From Candidatus Babeliales bacterium (GTDB lineage Bacteria; Babelota; Babeliae; Babelales; JANWKD01): a stretch of 64,000 bases of DNA. A program made the translations under genes and the position numbers. This document shows positions 20,792 through 29,966 of this stretch, in pieces. The first letter of the stretch is position 1. The number at the start of each line of letters is the position of its first letter. The notes under the pieces are model-generated. The model ran no database searches and was not told the origin of the DNA. It saw only the letters and a program-made list of their open reading frames with translations. Location of the stretch: NCBI GenBank assembly GCA_963701665.1, contig OY969622.1, forward strand, positions 928,001 to 992,000. Direction: 5' to 3'.

Positions 20792-21994
20792 ATGGATACT
20801 CACGCAAAGAAAACTATCGGCGTTGTAACGGCAACTATCGTTGGCATGAATGCTATGATTGGTGCTGGCATTTTTAGTGTACCAGCTGCACTTGGTGCCT
20901 ACGTTGGGCCAGCAGGCCTTTTAACCTATGCTTTTGTCATTCTTGCTGTCTGGTGCATGGGAAGTTCAATGGCACGTCTTGCGCAATTGTATCCTCAAGA
21001 AGGTTCTTTTTATACCTACGCCTACCAATGGGGCGGCCACACGGCAGGACTCATTGCTGCAGGTGCTTATCTTATTGGTCTTATTATCGCGATGGGACTC
21101 TTAATACAAATTACTGGCGATTATTTGCACGTTACCTTTCCCAGTCTCTCGCCCTATGTTTTGAGTGTGCTCACTTTGGTCGCACTTCTCATACTCAATA
21201 GTGTTGGCGTTACCCTGTCGCAAGTCGGGCAAATGATTCTGATTTGTTGTACCGTATTACCAATTCTTTTAACGACCTGTATGTGTTTATACAAAGGAAA
21301 CATACAAAATTTTTCACCTTTTATGCCCTATGGATGGACGAATATTTTTACTGCTAGTAAGCAGGTAATATTCGGTTTTTTTGGCTTTGAATGCGCAGCG
21401 TCATTATTTAAAGTTGTTGAAAACCCTCGCAAAAATGTTCCGCGCGCGTTGTTATATGCAATCGCACTCGTTGGGGTACTCTACATGCTTTTTGTTGGGT
21501 CAATTATTTTTGCTGTACCATTAGCATATTTTACTGATCCCAAAATTCCATTATCTCAAATTTTAGCGCTGATTTTTCCGGGACATCCATGGCTTTTACA
21601 AGTCATTCATTTTTCGATCCTTTCAGCAATTATTGGTACCGTGCATTCAATGATTTGGTCTTCGAGTGAATTGCTCATGGCATATTTAAAAAAATGTTCA
21701 TCAGCTCCTTTTAAATCAATTAGATCATGCATTGCGCATCAAAAAGGAGCAGTATGGATCATCGGTGCTTGCATATTTTTAACATTCTCGACTATCAAAA
21801 GCATGAACCTCTTCTTTAGCTTTACTGATGTTTTTATTGTGTTTGCATTTATTATGTCAATGATCACCCTTCTTGTTAAAAAAGAATCAATGAGCGTTGG
21901 ACAAAATATCAAAACGATTCTTGGCTTGATCACAGCATGTATTATTTTTTGCATCGCAGCAAAAGGAGTTTTTCTCGAATTGGGTCTTTTATAA
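20792..21994 (+). CDS. APC-family amino acid permease
   Basis: MIGAGIF, FGFFGFE, VENPRKNVPRA, multiple TM segments. Confidence 0.9.
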   Translation: MDTHAKKTIGVVTATIVGMNAMIGAGIFSVPAALGAYVGPAGLLTYAFVILAVWCMGSSMARLAQLYPQEGSFYTYAYQWGGHTAGLIAAGAYLIGLIIAMGLLIQITGDYLHVTFPSLSPYVLSVLTLVALLILNSVGVTLSQVGQMILICCTVLPILLTTCMCLYKGNIQNFSPFMPYGWTNIFTASKQVIFGFFGFECAASLFKVVENPRKNVPRALLYAIALVGVLYMLFVGSIIFAVPLAYFTDPKIPLSQILALIFPGHPWLLQVIHFSILSAIIGTVHSMIWSSSELLMAYLKKCSSAPFKSIRSCIAHQKGAVWIIGACIFLTFSTIKSMNLFFSFTDVFIVFAFIMSMITLLVKKESMSVGQNIKTILGLITACIIFCIAAKGVFLELGLL

Positions 21995-22065
21995 AAATCG
22001 CCGATTGACGGATCTGTGATAAAGATGCTATAAGATATCAAAATTGCTATCGAGAAAGGAAAGTA

Positions 22066-23697
22066 ATGACGTGGTCAATTAAGAGGTATCTTCTTGTCAT
22101 TCTTGCGTGCATGATAGTACCGCATATCAATTTTGGTATTAGTATGCTCACCAAAAACGATCCTTACCCCATGTATAGTACGGTCTATGACCCTTATTTG
22201 ACAACGTGGACAAAAGAATGGTTCAAAGGACATAATGATGAATGCTATAGCAATGAAACCCTCGCTTTATCAATAACGCCCTTCACACAAAAAGCAAGTA
22301 CAGGAAGAAACTTTGAACATCAACGAAGATTTCTTGGTGATTTAACTGGCTATTGGAATATGCTTGGACTCATTTACGGCCCTGATAACGTTGGCGCAGT
22401 AAGTTCAGTCCCACCATCTGCAACTAATATTACTTCATTGGACAATACACAACTTGGTTTTGCAAAACAAAGCATCTTTGCAGATTTATTTAACAACAAC
22501 CCTTCAATAACTGATCCCGACAATTATGTCATTTCTGATGCTAACTCTACTTCGGTACCCTATGTTTTGACCGATGGCACATTTCAAATTGGCTACTTTT
22601 CAGTGCCAATCAAATACCGCAAAGTTGGCGTGCGTGCTGAATTTGATATTCAATTTTATTGTGATTTTGGTATGACCGTGCAAGTTGGCGTCAGCGAAAT
22701 TCGCCAAACATTCACAGGCTTTATTAACCGAGCAAATAATTTACCCACTAATTCAGGTACTGATCTAAATGAAACTGGCTGTAACTCTATTGCTTGTTGC
22801 CCAGCTCCGGATACAAATGGAGTAGTTCCCGTTCAATCCTTTAGCAATAATTTTTGTAGAAATATTCCACGATTGTTAACTGATGGCACCTACGCAGGCT
22901 GTACAGTTAATTTCATGCCATCAACAACCGTTTGTACAACGCCATTTGTACAAATTCAATCAGAACTTATGCCGCCCGAGCAAGCAAACCTTATTTTCAG
23001 ACAACTTGGTTTAAAAACCTGTAACTTTGAAAAAACATCATTTGAAGACGTGCGCATTATTGGTTGGTGGCGTCATGTTTTTGATGTTAATCATGATCGT
23101 TATTGCTGGCCAGAATTTTTAATTATCCCATCACTGAGCCTGAATATCATTATTCCTACGGCAAAAAAACAACATAGAAACTTCTTGCAAGCATTGCCAT
23201 TTGGCAACGATGGCCATTTTTCCGTTGGTTTTGATGCGGGCCTTGCCATCGATTTTGTAGAAACGATCGAAATTGCTTTTAATGGTGGGCTAAACTGGTT
23301 TGATCAAAAAAATAAGAACAACTATTTCTTGCCAACTGATATAAACCAAACTGGCGTTTTCCCATTTGCAACAAACGTAAAGGTAAAACCGGGGCTTAAC
23401 TTTAACTTTAATGCCGTCTTGAATGCTTACCATTTTTATGATCGCTTTAGTGCCTATGCTGAATGGGTGTATGTCAAACACGAACATGATAAAATTACGC
23501 TTCGAGCTCCCGATCCAACATTCTTACCCGATATTGCTGCATGCCTAACTAAATTTATGTCACAATTTGTTAATGCTGCAATCAACTATGATATTTCACC
23601 AAATATCACCCTCGGCTTCATGGCACAATTCCCCGTTGCACAACGCAATGCCTATCGTTCAACTACGTATTTGGGAACATTCCGAGCAACCTTCTAA
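22066..23697 (+). CDS. Cys-rich putative outer-membrane beta-barrel protein (paralog of 4326-6170)
   Basis: Signal peptide, PTAK...PFGNDGH, terminal Phe (TFRATF). Confidence 0.75.
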   Translation: MTWSIKRYLLVILACMIVPHINFGISMLTKNDPYPMYSTVYDPYLTTWTKEWFKGHNDECYSNETLALSITPFTQKASTGRNFEHQRRFLGDLTGYWNMLGLIYGPDNVGAVSSVPPSATNITSLDNTQLGFAKQSIFADLFNNNPSITDPDNYVISDANSTSVPYVLTDGTFQIGYFSVPIKYRKVGVRAEFDIQFYCDFGMTVQVGVSEIRQTFTGFINRANNLPTNSGTDLNETGCNSIACCPAPDTNGVVPVQSFSNNFCRNIPRLLTDGTYAGCTVNFMPSTTVCTTPFVQIQSELMPPEQANLIFRQLGLKTCNFEKTSFEDVRIIGWWRHVFDVNHDRYCWPEFLIIPSLSLNIIIPTAKKQHRNFLQALPFGNDGHFSVGFDAGLAIDFVETIEIAFNGGLNWFDQKNKNNYFLPTDINQTGVFPFATNVKVKPGLNFNFNAVLNAYHFYDRFSAYAEWVYVKHEHDKITLRAPDPTFLPDIAACLTKFMSQFVNAAINYDISPNITLGFMAQFPVAQRNAYRSTTYLGTFRATF

Positions 23698-23784
23698 ATC
23701 CGAGTCATAGCTATTCTTTTGACGATTTTTGTCAGAATGTGTAGAGTAAAAATAAGTTTTTCAATTCTAACAGAAAGATTTATA

Positions 23785-24102
23785 ATGAAAAATAAATTTT
23801 TACTCCTTACGCTCATGACAGTACTTGCATCAAATGCTATCATCGCGCCCGTTCATGCTGCACCACAAGAGGACGTCGGATATGCTGCTCTTGGAGGATT
23901 AGTCTTGGGAGCATTTGGAAGTTGGGTAATAACCTATATGCTCCTCAACAAGAAACATGAGAAAGAATTAATCGAAAAAGAAGAACAGCATCAAAAAACC
24001 ATTAATAAATTTCATGAAGATATTAAATCATTAAATGAGTTTCTTATGAAACATAACGATAAAGCTCGGGAATTTTTTGGCACTGTGGAAAGTGCAGTTT
24101 AA
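23785..24102 (+). CDS. Small secreted or membrane protein (signal, TM, coiled coil)
   Basis: Probable start MKNKF at 23785; hydrophobic segment followed by a charged helix. Confidence 0.7.
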   Translation: MKNKFLLLTLMTVLASNAIIAPVHAAPQEDVGYAALGGLVLGAFGSWVITYMLLNKKHEKELIEKEEQHQKTINKFHEDIKSLNEFLMKHNDKAREFFGTVESAV

Positions 24103-24132
24103 TTTTGACAAAAAAATTACAATATGTATAAT
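23984..24132 (+). repeat. Direct repeat copy 1 (3' end of upstream gene plus promoter)
   Basis: 24014-24132 identical to 24877-24995 (offset 863), with near-identity extending back to 23984. Confidence 0.9.
24105..24132 (+). promoter_or_regulatory. Consensus sigma70 promoter
   Basis: TTGACA-N16-TATAAT. Confidence 0.8.
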
Positions 24133-24186
24133 TACACAAAGTAAAATTACCTATTGTTTCACACATTTACTACAAGGAACAACATC

Positions 24187-24780
24187 ATGTCATCCTTAAA
24201 GGTTTTATCACTCTCGATGGCAGCCATGCTTTTTAGCAATTCTGCTTTGGGTATGGAAAATAAAAATATAGTATACCCCATGGATATTCATCCTAAATCA
24301 TTGCGCATAGCTTTTGAAAAAGGTTCCACGGATTATTTACATAAAAAATACACTAAAGATAGATTCAGAGAAGATCCTGAGTATTATAATAAGGTTCTTG
24401 CCGAACAACGTAAAAAATTGACAGAGAAAATCAATAATGCACGTAACATTGCTTTTAAAAAAGGTACATGGGGCACTGTTGAGGTATTGAGTGGATCAGC
24501 ATTCTCATTTTTAACTGTGGCATTCTTTAAAGCTTCTCTTGACTTCGCTCGTACCCGGGGGCAAGAGGCTGAAGCCGGTGCTTTATTTGGAGTTGGATGG
24601 TGCCTTGCTTTCCCTGGCGGCTATCTACTCTTGAACGGCGGAGAGAAACTATGGATGAATTATTCTACGGCTCGCGTAACAAATCGTTTAACACGCCATG
24701 ATTTTGCCGATCAACAAGTTAGAAATTATTTGGATGAAGTTTTCGGCACCAAAGAATCCGATGATGTAAAATCCTCATAA
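24187..24780 (+). CDS. Secreted two-TM orphan-family protein, paralog 1
   Basis: Start MSSLKVLSL after AAGGA; clearly similar to 25053-25727. Confidence 0.8.
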   Translation: MSSLKVLSLSMAAMLFSNSALGMENKNIVYPMDIHPKSLRIAFEKGSTDYLHKKYTKDRFREDPEYYNKVLAEQRKKLTEKINNARNIAFKKGTWGTVEVLSGSAFSFLTVAFFKASLDFARTRGQEAEAGALFGVGWCLAFPGGYLLLNGGEKLWMNYSTARVTNRLTRHDFADQQVRNYLDEVFGTKESDDVKSS

Positions 24781-24799
24781 ATTCATTATCGTAAATTTT

Positions 24800-24837
24800 A
24801 TAAGAAAGGGCGCGCATTTGAGTACGCCCTTTCTTAT
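24800..24837 (+). terminator. Intrinsic terminator
   Basis: ATAAGAAAGGGCG...CGCCCTTTCTTAT. Confidence 0.75.
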
Positions 24838-24846
24838 TTAAAGATT

Positions 24847-24995
24847 AACAGCATCAAAAAACTGTTAATCAATTTAATGAAGATATTAAATCATTAAATG
24901 AGTTTCTTATGAAACATAACGATAAAGCTCGGGAATTTTTTGGCACTGTGGAAAGTGCAGTTTAATTTTGACAAAAAAATTACAATATGTATAAT
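24847..24995 (+). repeat. Direct repeat copy 2, including the duplicated promoter (24968-24995)
   Basis: Copy of 23984-24132. Confidence 0.9.
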
Positions 24996-25052
24996 AACGC
25001 ACGGTAAAATTATCTAACACTTTCTAATATATTTACTACAAGGAATAACAAT

Positions 25053-25727
25053 ATGTCATCCTTAAAGGTTTTATCGCTCGCGATAGCAACCATGCTTTTT
25101 AGCAATTCTGCTTTGGGTATGGAAAATGAAGATACGAAAAAAAAAGATATAGTATATCCTTCCGATCTTCATCCTAAGGAATTGCGAAAAAAATTTGAAA
25201 AAAACAAGTGGGCTGATATTTTAAGCAAAAAATCTACTAAAAAAACTTTAAAGGCTGATCCTAATTACTATCAGGAAAAGCTGAATGATCAACGTGAAAA
25301 ATTAGCAAAAAAAAGCGATAGAATGCCAAATATTGCTCTAAAGAAATCAGCATGGGGTACAGCACACACGGTCTTAGGATCGATAGGATTAGGAATGGGT
25401 TTTTGGCTTTATGCAATTGCCTTTGAATCGGCACTTACAAATCGCCCTAGAGATAATTGGGAAGCTAATTGGGCATTTGTATTGGGATCAGCTGCAACAA
25501 TTGGTGGCAGTAAGTTTATGTGGCACGGTTGTAAAAAGATATGGAATAATTATTCTACTACCAGGGTAAAAGCAAGGTTCGATCGCCATATGGAAGCTGA
25601 TGAAGATGTTGAAGACTATTTGAATGATGTTTTCAATACCAAAGAATCTGATGTGTATACAAGGCGTGGAATGCGTGGAATGCGTGGAGAATTCCTTCGA
25701 GAAGAAAGTGAAGAAGAATGGATGTAA
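25053..25727 (+). CDS. Secreted two-TM orphan-family protein, paralog 2
   Basis: MSSLKVLSL...SALGMEN; tandem paralog of 24187-24780. Confidence 0.8.
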   Translation: MSSLKVLSLAIATMLFSNSALGMENEDTKKKDIVYPSDLHPKELRKKFEKNKWADILSKKSTKKTLKADPNYYQEKLNDQREKLAKKSDRMPNIALKKSAWGTAHTVLGSIGLGMGFWLYAIAFESALTNRPRDNWEANWAFVLGSAATIGGSKFMWHGCKKIWNNYSTTRVKARFDRHMEADEDVEDYLNDVFNTKESDVYTRRGMRGMRGEFLREESEEEWM

Positions 25728-25763
25728 AATCCTCATAAATTCATTACTGTAAAATTATTTTAT

Positions 25764-25790
25764 GGGCGTACTCAAACGTACGCCTTTTTT
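25764..25790 (+). terminator. Intrinsic terminator
   Basis: GGCGTAC-TCAAAC-GTACGCC followed by a T run. Confidence 0.75.
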
Positions 25791-25875
25791 CATTTAAACG
25801 AGCGAGCTAGACAGAGGCCCAAGAAAAAGCTAAAATTAGAGTAAAAATCACTGTTTTCCCTGATAAAAGGTCATT

Positions 25876-26088
25876 ATGAGCAACAAAAAATTCAATATCA
25901 AAATCTTCGTTAACAACAATGTTGAGCGAGCATTGAAGCAATTAAAGAAAAAAATGGAACGTGAAGGCGTTAGCCGCGATATGAAGCGGATCGTCTATTA
26001 TGAAGCCCCAACCCAACAACGCCGTAAAAGCTTAATGCGCGCACAAAAGCAAAACCTCATCCGTTTGGCAACAACCCAACGTCCTTAA
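25876..26088 (+). CDS. rpsU: 30S ribosomal protein S21
   Basis: VERALKQLKKKMEREG...YYEAPT. Confidence 0.9.
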   Translation: MSNKKFNIKIFVNNNVERALKQLKKKMEREGVSRDMKRIVYYEAPTQQRRKSLMRAQKQNLIRLATTQRP

Positions 26089-26104
26089 AAAGGTCTTCTC
26101 TTTT

Positions 26105-26476
26105 ATGTATGATCATCGCAATAAAGACATAAAAAAAGCTCAAAAAGAAAGTCTTCTTCTGCGTGAAATATCAGGTTTACTCCTTCAAGCCGGCATGGAT
26201 GACCCTCGCTTACAGAAAGTAACCGTAAGCCGCGTTTCTCTTTCTGATGATAAAGGCACGTGTACCGTCTTCTTTTATACCTCTCAGGGTAAAAAGGCGT
26301 TTGAAGAAATCTTAGAAATTTTAAAATTATATAAACCCTCGCTTCGCGCTGCACTCGCCAAAAAAATCAGGGGTCGCTATACTCCAAACCTCGTTTTCCG
26401 TTTTGATGATCAGATAGAAAAATCTGAAAAAATGAATGCGCTTTTTCAACAACTTAAAGAAAAAGGTGACGTATAA
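26105..26476 (+). CDS. rbfA: Ribosome-binding factor A
   Basis: DPRL...VTVSRVSLSDD, RYTPNLVFRFD. Confidence 0.92.
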   Translation: MYDHRNKDIKKAQKESLLLREISGLLLQAGMDDPRLQKVTVSRVSLSDDKGTCTVFFYTSQGKKAFEEILEILKLYKPSLRAALAKKIRGRYTPNLVFRFDDQIEKSEKMNALFQQLKEKGDV

Positions 26477-27225
26477 ATATCCTAGCATTAATACCCCTAT
26501 TTCTTTCATGGGGTTCATTTTTAAATATGCTCGGTTACCGTCTCATTTCTCAAGAAAGTCTCTTAATTCCGCGCTCGTTTTGCCCTCAGTGTAAACAGAT
26601 TATTGCCTGGTATGATAATATCCCTCTTTTTTCATGGATTTTGCTCAAACAAAAATGTCGCTCGTGCTCAGCCAGTATCTCTTGGCTTTACCCTTTTATT
26701 GAGCTCGTAACTACCCTCGTTTTTTGCTCGCTCTTTGTTTTTGTGCCCTCGCACTATTGGTGGGCGTACGGACTTTTTTTCTCAGCGTTACTTGTAACGA
26801 TACGCACGGATTGTGAAACATTACTCATCTCTCGTTTTGTTACACTCTTTATCGTGCCGCTCGGCTTTTTATTAAGTTATTTTCAGCTGTTACCCATTTC
26901 TGTAGTTGACAGCATGCTGGGCGCTGCCAGTGCTTATGCGTGGCTCTATTTAGTCGGATGGGTTTTTCATAAATTCACAGGCAAAATTGGACTCGGGCAG
27001 GGTGATTTTGAACTCATGGCATTCATTGGATCATTTTTAGGGATTATCGGTTGGTGGTTCAGCCTTCTGCTTGGTTCATTATTGGGCTCTGTTATCGGCA
27101 TCAGCTATCTTGTTTTGAGCGGTCAATCTAGGAATACAAAAATTCCTTTTGGACCGTTTCTTGCTCTCGGTGCAATACTTTTTGTGTTTTTTAAGGAAAT
27201 GCTCTTGTCATATGTGCTCTATTAA
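26473..27225 (+). CDS. pilD: Prepilin peptidase / N-methyltransferase (start probably upstream of ATG 26527)
   Basis: RSFCPQC, WYDNIPLFSW, CRSC, GLGQGD, IPFGPFL; conserved WGSFLN lies in frame upstream of ATG 26527. Confidence 0.9.
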   Translation: MNILALIPLFLSWGSFLNMLGYRLISQESLLIPRSFCPQCKQIIAWYDNIPLFSWILLKQKCRSCSASISWLYPFIELVTTLVFCSLFVFVPSHYWWAYGLFFSALLVTIRTDCETLLISRFVTLFIVPLGFLLSYFQLLPISVVDSMLGAASAYAWLYLVGWVFHKFTGKIGLGQGDFELMAFIGSFLGIIGWWFSLLLGSLLGSVIGISYLVLSGQSRNTKIPFGPFLALGAILFVFFKEMLLSYVLY

Positions 27226-27258
27226 CTCACAACGGCCATGATTCAGCAACGCAGAATT

Positions 27259-27649
27259 GTCATTCTGAGGAGCGAAGCGACGTAGGAATCCAGATTTAAT
27301 CATGAAAAATCCTTCAGTTTATATTCTAGCCGATAGTCGTAATGGCACACTTTATGTTGGCGTCACTTCAAATCTTATACAAAGAGTATTCCAACATAAG
27401 AACAATCTTATCAAGGGATTTACCAGTCGTTATAACTGTAAACAATTAGTTTACTATGGACAATTTGAAAGCATGATCGACGCAATTCAAAGAGAAAAAC
27501 AAATTAAGCATTATAGCAGAATAAAAAAGATCGCACTTATCGAGGCATTAAACCCAGATTGGTCTGATTTGTACAATCAAATTTGTGGGATATAAGGAAT
27601 CTTATTTTATAGACCTGGATTCCTACGTCGCTTTGCTCCTCAGAATGAC
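27259..27649 (+). mobile_element. GIY-YIG nuclease gene bracketed by 35-bp inverted hairpin repeats (subfamily B, putative autonomous element)
   Basis: GTCATTCTGAGGAGCGAAGCGACGTAGGAATCCAG (27259-27293) and its inverted copy (27615-27649), 34/35 identical. Confidence 0.85.
27302..27595 (+). CDS. Stand-alone GIY-YIG nuclease (YhbQ/UPF0213-like)
   Basis: VYILA...GTLYVGVTSNL..R..QH, GFT.RY, AI.REKQIK, NPDW.DL. Confidence 0.92.
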   Translation: MKNPSVYILADSRNGTLYVGVTSNLIQRVFQHKNNLIKGFTSRYNCKQLVYYGQFESMIDAIQREKQIKHYSRIKKIALIEALNPDWSDLYNQICGI

Positions 27650-27702
27650 GCCCGCTACCATCCCTATTCTCACGTAGTTTTATGTATTTCTATCTGAAAA
27701 CG

Positions 27703-28191
27703 CTAGGCAAGGTCGTCAGTTACAATCTGAATATTATGATGTTGATTGACTGTTATTACGTCAGCAACACCATCACCATCAATATCGCCAGCAGCAGCAA
27801 TAACAAAGCCATCTTTGTCAGCTTTTGTCCCAGCCAGTGATGAAGCAGGCGTATTCAATTTCCCTGTAAAATGATGCTGCCCTTCTTGCCCCTCGTTAAA
27901 CCCATAGGTATAGTAGAATCGCTCGTTTTGGCCACCGCCGGAATATCCTTCGGGTTGCCACCCAATTCCTTGTGTACCGTGGAGCAATGATGAATAGGTA
28001 CCATGCTCAGCCCAGTGTGATTTCTGTGCCATATAGAGCGAATTTAAGTTCATATATGCTTCTGCTCGTTTAGCTTTAGAAAAAAAATGCAAGAAACTAG
28101 GAATTGATACCATTGAAAGAAATGCAATAATAGCGACAACAATCATTAATTCGATCAAGGTTACCCCTGATCGAGCAAACCGATTTTTCAT
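27703..28191 (-). CDS. Type IV pilin-like protein
   Basis: G|VTLIELMIVVAII prepilin motif, AKRAEA, DIDGDGVAD near the C-terminus. Confidence 0.9.
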   Translation of the reverse strand: MKNRFARSGVTLIELMIVVAIIAFLSMVSIPSFLHFFSKAKRAEAYMNLNSLYMAQKSHWAEHGTYSSLLHGTQGIGWQPEGYSGGGQNERFYYTYGFNEGQEGQHHFTGKLNTPASSLAGTKADKDGFVIAAAGDIDGDGVADVITVNQHHNIQIVTDDLA

Positions 28192-28381
28192 TCCCCCAAC
28201 CCTTTCTTACTTTAAGGTTATCCTTAGGATACAAATTTAGTACTCATGCAAGTCAAGAGTTAACGTCAAAATCACAATTTTGGAATTTTTGAAGTTTTTT
28301 TCGCTTAACTTAAAGAAATAACTCACTATTTTTAATCTTTTGTAAATAAAGTTGAGGCTTTTTTGATATATAATTCATAAT

Positions 28382-28409
28382 TTGACATTTTTAAAAATAG
28401 GAATAAAAT
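28382..28409 (+). promoter_or_regulatory. sigma70-like promoter for the folC-like/atp cluster
   Basis: TTGACA-N16-TAAAAT. Confidence 0.55.
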
Positions 28410-28538
28410 TATGTACTATAGAGTAAAGTGGCTTTAAAAGCACCTTACTAACCTTTTTTCAGGTTTGAAGTAAGGGGGTTTTTATCAGCTTACTTCGATG
28501 AACGAGGTTTTAAAATAGCTATTTATGGAGAAATAAAA

Positions 28539-29963
28539 ATGGCAACATTACATAAGCAAACGGGCTCCGATAAGCGTTCCGGATCGCTCGGGTCACAAAA
28601 AAACTACAATGAGTTGATAGAGTTTTTAGATTCTTCATGGTCATATGCTCCTTCAACGGAAAAGACAATAGCTACAATGAAGGCTCTTGACCAAGCACTC
28701 GGCAATCCTTCAAAAAAATTACATTCCATTTTACTCAGCGGTACTAATGGAAAAGGCTTAACAATTCACTTTGCAAGTAAATTGTTACAGGAAGAAAAGA
28801 TTTCTTTTGGTGCTTTTTATTCCCCCCACATTCTCAGCTACAATGAACATTTCATTTTTAATAACGAGACAATTTCTAATAAAACATTTACAGAACTTGC
28901 CAATGAAGTCATCAATGCTGCACAAGCAAATGATCTAAAAGTTACTACGTACGACATTTTGACTATGATGGCAATTCTTTATTTTGCACAAAACAATGTC
29001 GACATTGCGTTGCTTGAAATGAGAGAAGACAGTCCTTTTGATGCAACAGCGATTTGTCATCCATCAGTTATTGCTATCACAAGAATTACTGAAGAAGAAG
29101 CGTCACCAAAAAATGAACTTTCAGCTTCAATTATTAAAAATTTATTGAAATTAGTTAAACCAGGAACTCATGTTATTTCTGGTGATCAAAGCAAGTTGAA
29201 CTTACAATTAATGGCTGAGGCAGTCAAAAAAAATGACGGTACCTGGGCAATGCCAATTCGTAAGCTTGCAGCATTGAAATATCCTTTTGAACAATTACAT
29301 GGCAGATGTGCAGCAATTGCAGAAAGAATTTGCCAAATTTACGTTGATAAATTTGCTAAAGATGTAACTATTCTCGGTAATAGCTTATTGGCAAAACAAA
29401 AAGGCCAACGTGGCAGACCTACCCTTGAAGCAAAACGTGAATCTGAATTAAATCCAAAGAAAACATTAGAACAATTCTGGAAAGAAGAAGCAAGCACATT
29501 ACCTGCACGCTTCCAAATCCTTGATAAAGAAAAACCAAGCATTCTTCTTGATAACGCAAGTAACGTCGATGCATTCAAAAATCTTTTACTTGGCATTCGC
29601 TTACTTCACTATCAACGTCCTTTAAAAGGCCTCACCTTCATCTTTGGCTGTGATGCTCAAGAAATGAATACGGAAGAATTCCTACGCTTATTACGTTATT
29701 TCTCTAAAAAGAATTCGGGACAAATTATCTTCTGTCCTATTGAAGAACGTGTGCCAGGTATCAATGAATCATCATGGAATGTTGAACAAATTACTAACGA
29801 TGTAAAAAGCCTCAAGATCAAAGCAAAATCATCAAAAAGCTTTGACGAAGCTTTTGATATTGCTAAAAAATCTGTCGATGAACGACATGGTCTTGTTGTT
29901 ATCTCCGGTTCAAAAACCATTATTACCCAATACTGGAAATTAAAGGGTATTAAAAAGATTTAA
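28539..29963 (+). CDS. Divergent FolC/Mur-ligase-family protein
   Basis: GTNGKG P-loop, YSPHI..YNE, PARFQ, ILLDNASN, VISGS. Confidence 0.75.
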   Translation: MATLHKQTGSDKRSGSLGSQKNYNELIEFLDSSWSYAPSTEKTIATMKALDQALGNPSKKLHSILLSGTNGKGLTIHFASKLLQEEKISFGAFYSPHILSYNEHFIFNNETISNKTFTELANEVINAAQANDLKVTTYDILTMMAILYFAQNNVDIALLEMREDSPFDATAICHPSVIAITRITEEEASPKNELSASIIKNLLKLVKPGTHVISGDQSKLNLQLMAEAVKKNDGTWAMPIRKLAALKYPFEQLHGRCAAIAERICQIYVDKFAKDVTILGNSLLAKQKGQRGRPTLEAKRESELNPKKTLEQFWKEEASTLPARFQILDKEKPSILLDNASNVDAFKNLLLGIRLLHYQRPLKGLTFIFGCDAQEMNTEEFLRLLRYFSKKNSGQIIFCPIEERVPGINESSWNVEQITNDVKSLKIKAKSSKSFDEAFDIAKKSVDERHGLVVISGSKTIITQYWKLKGIKKI

Positions 29964-29966
29964 TAC

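Noticed and set aside
27259..27649. Classical IS element
   Set aside because: No DDE or HUH transposase and no target-site duplication; the ORF is a GIY-YIG nuclease.
28420..28500. THF or other named riboswitch before the folC-like gene
   Set aside because: Only a few 5' bases resemble it and the conserved core is not recognisable; kept only as an unassigned structured leader.
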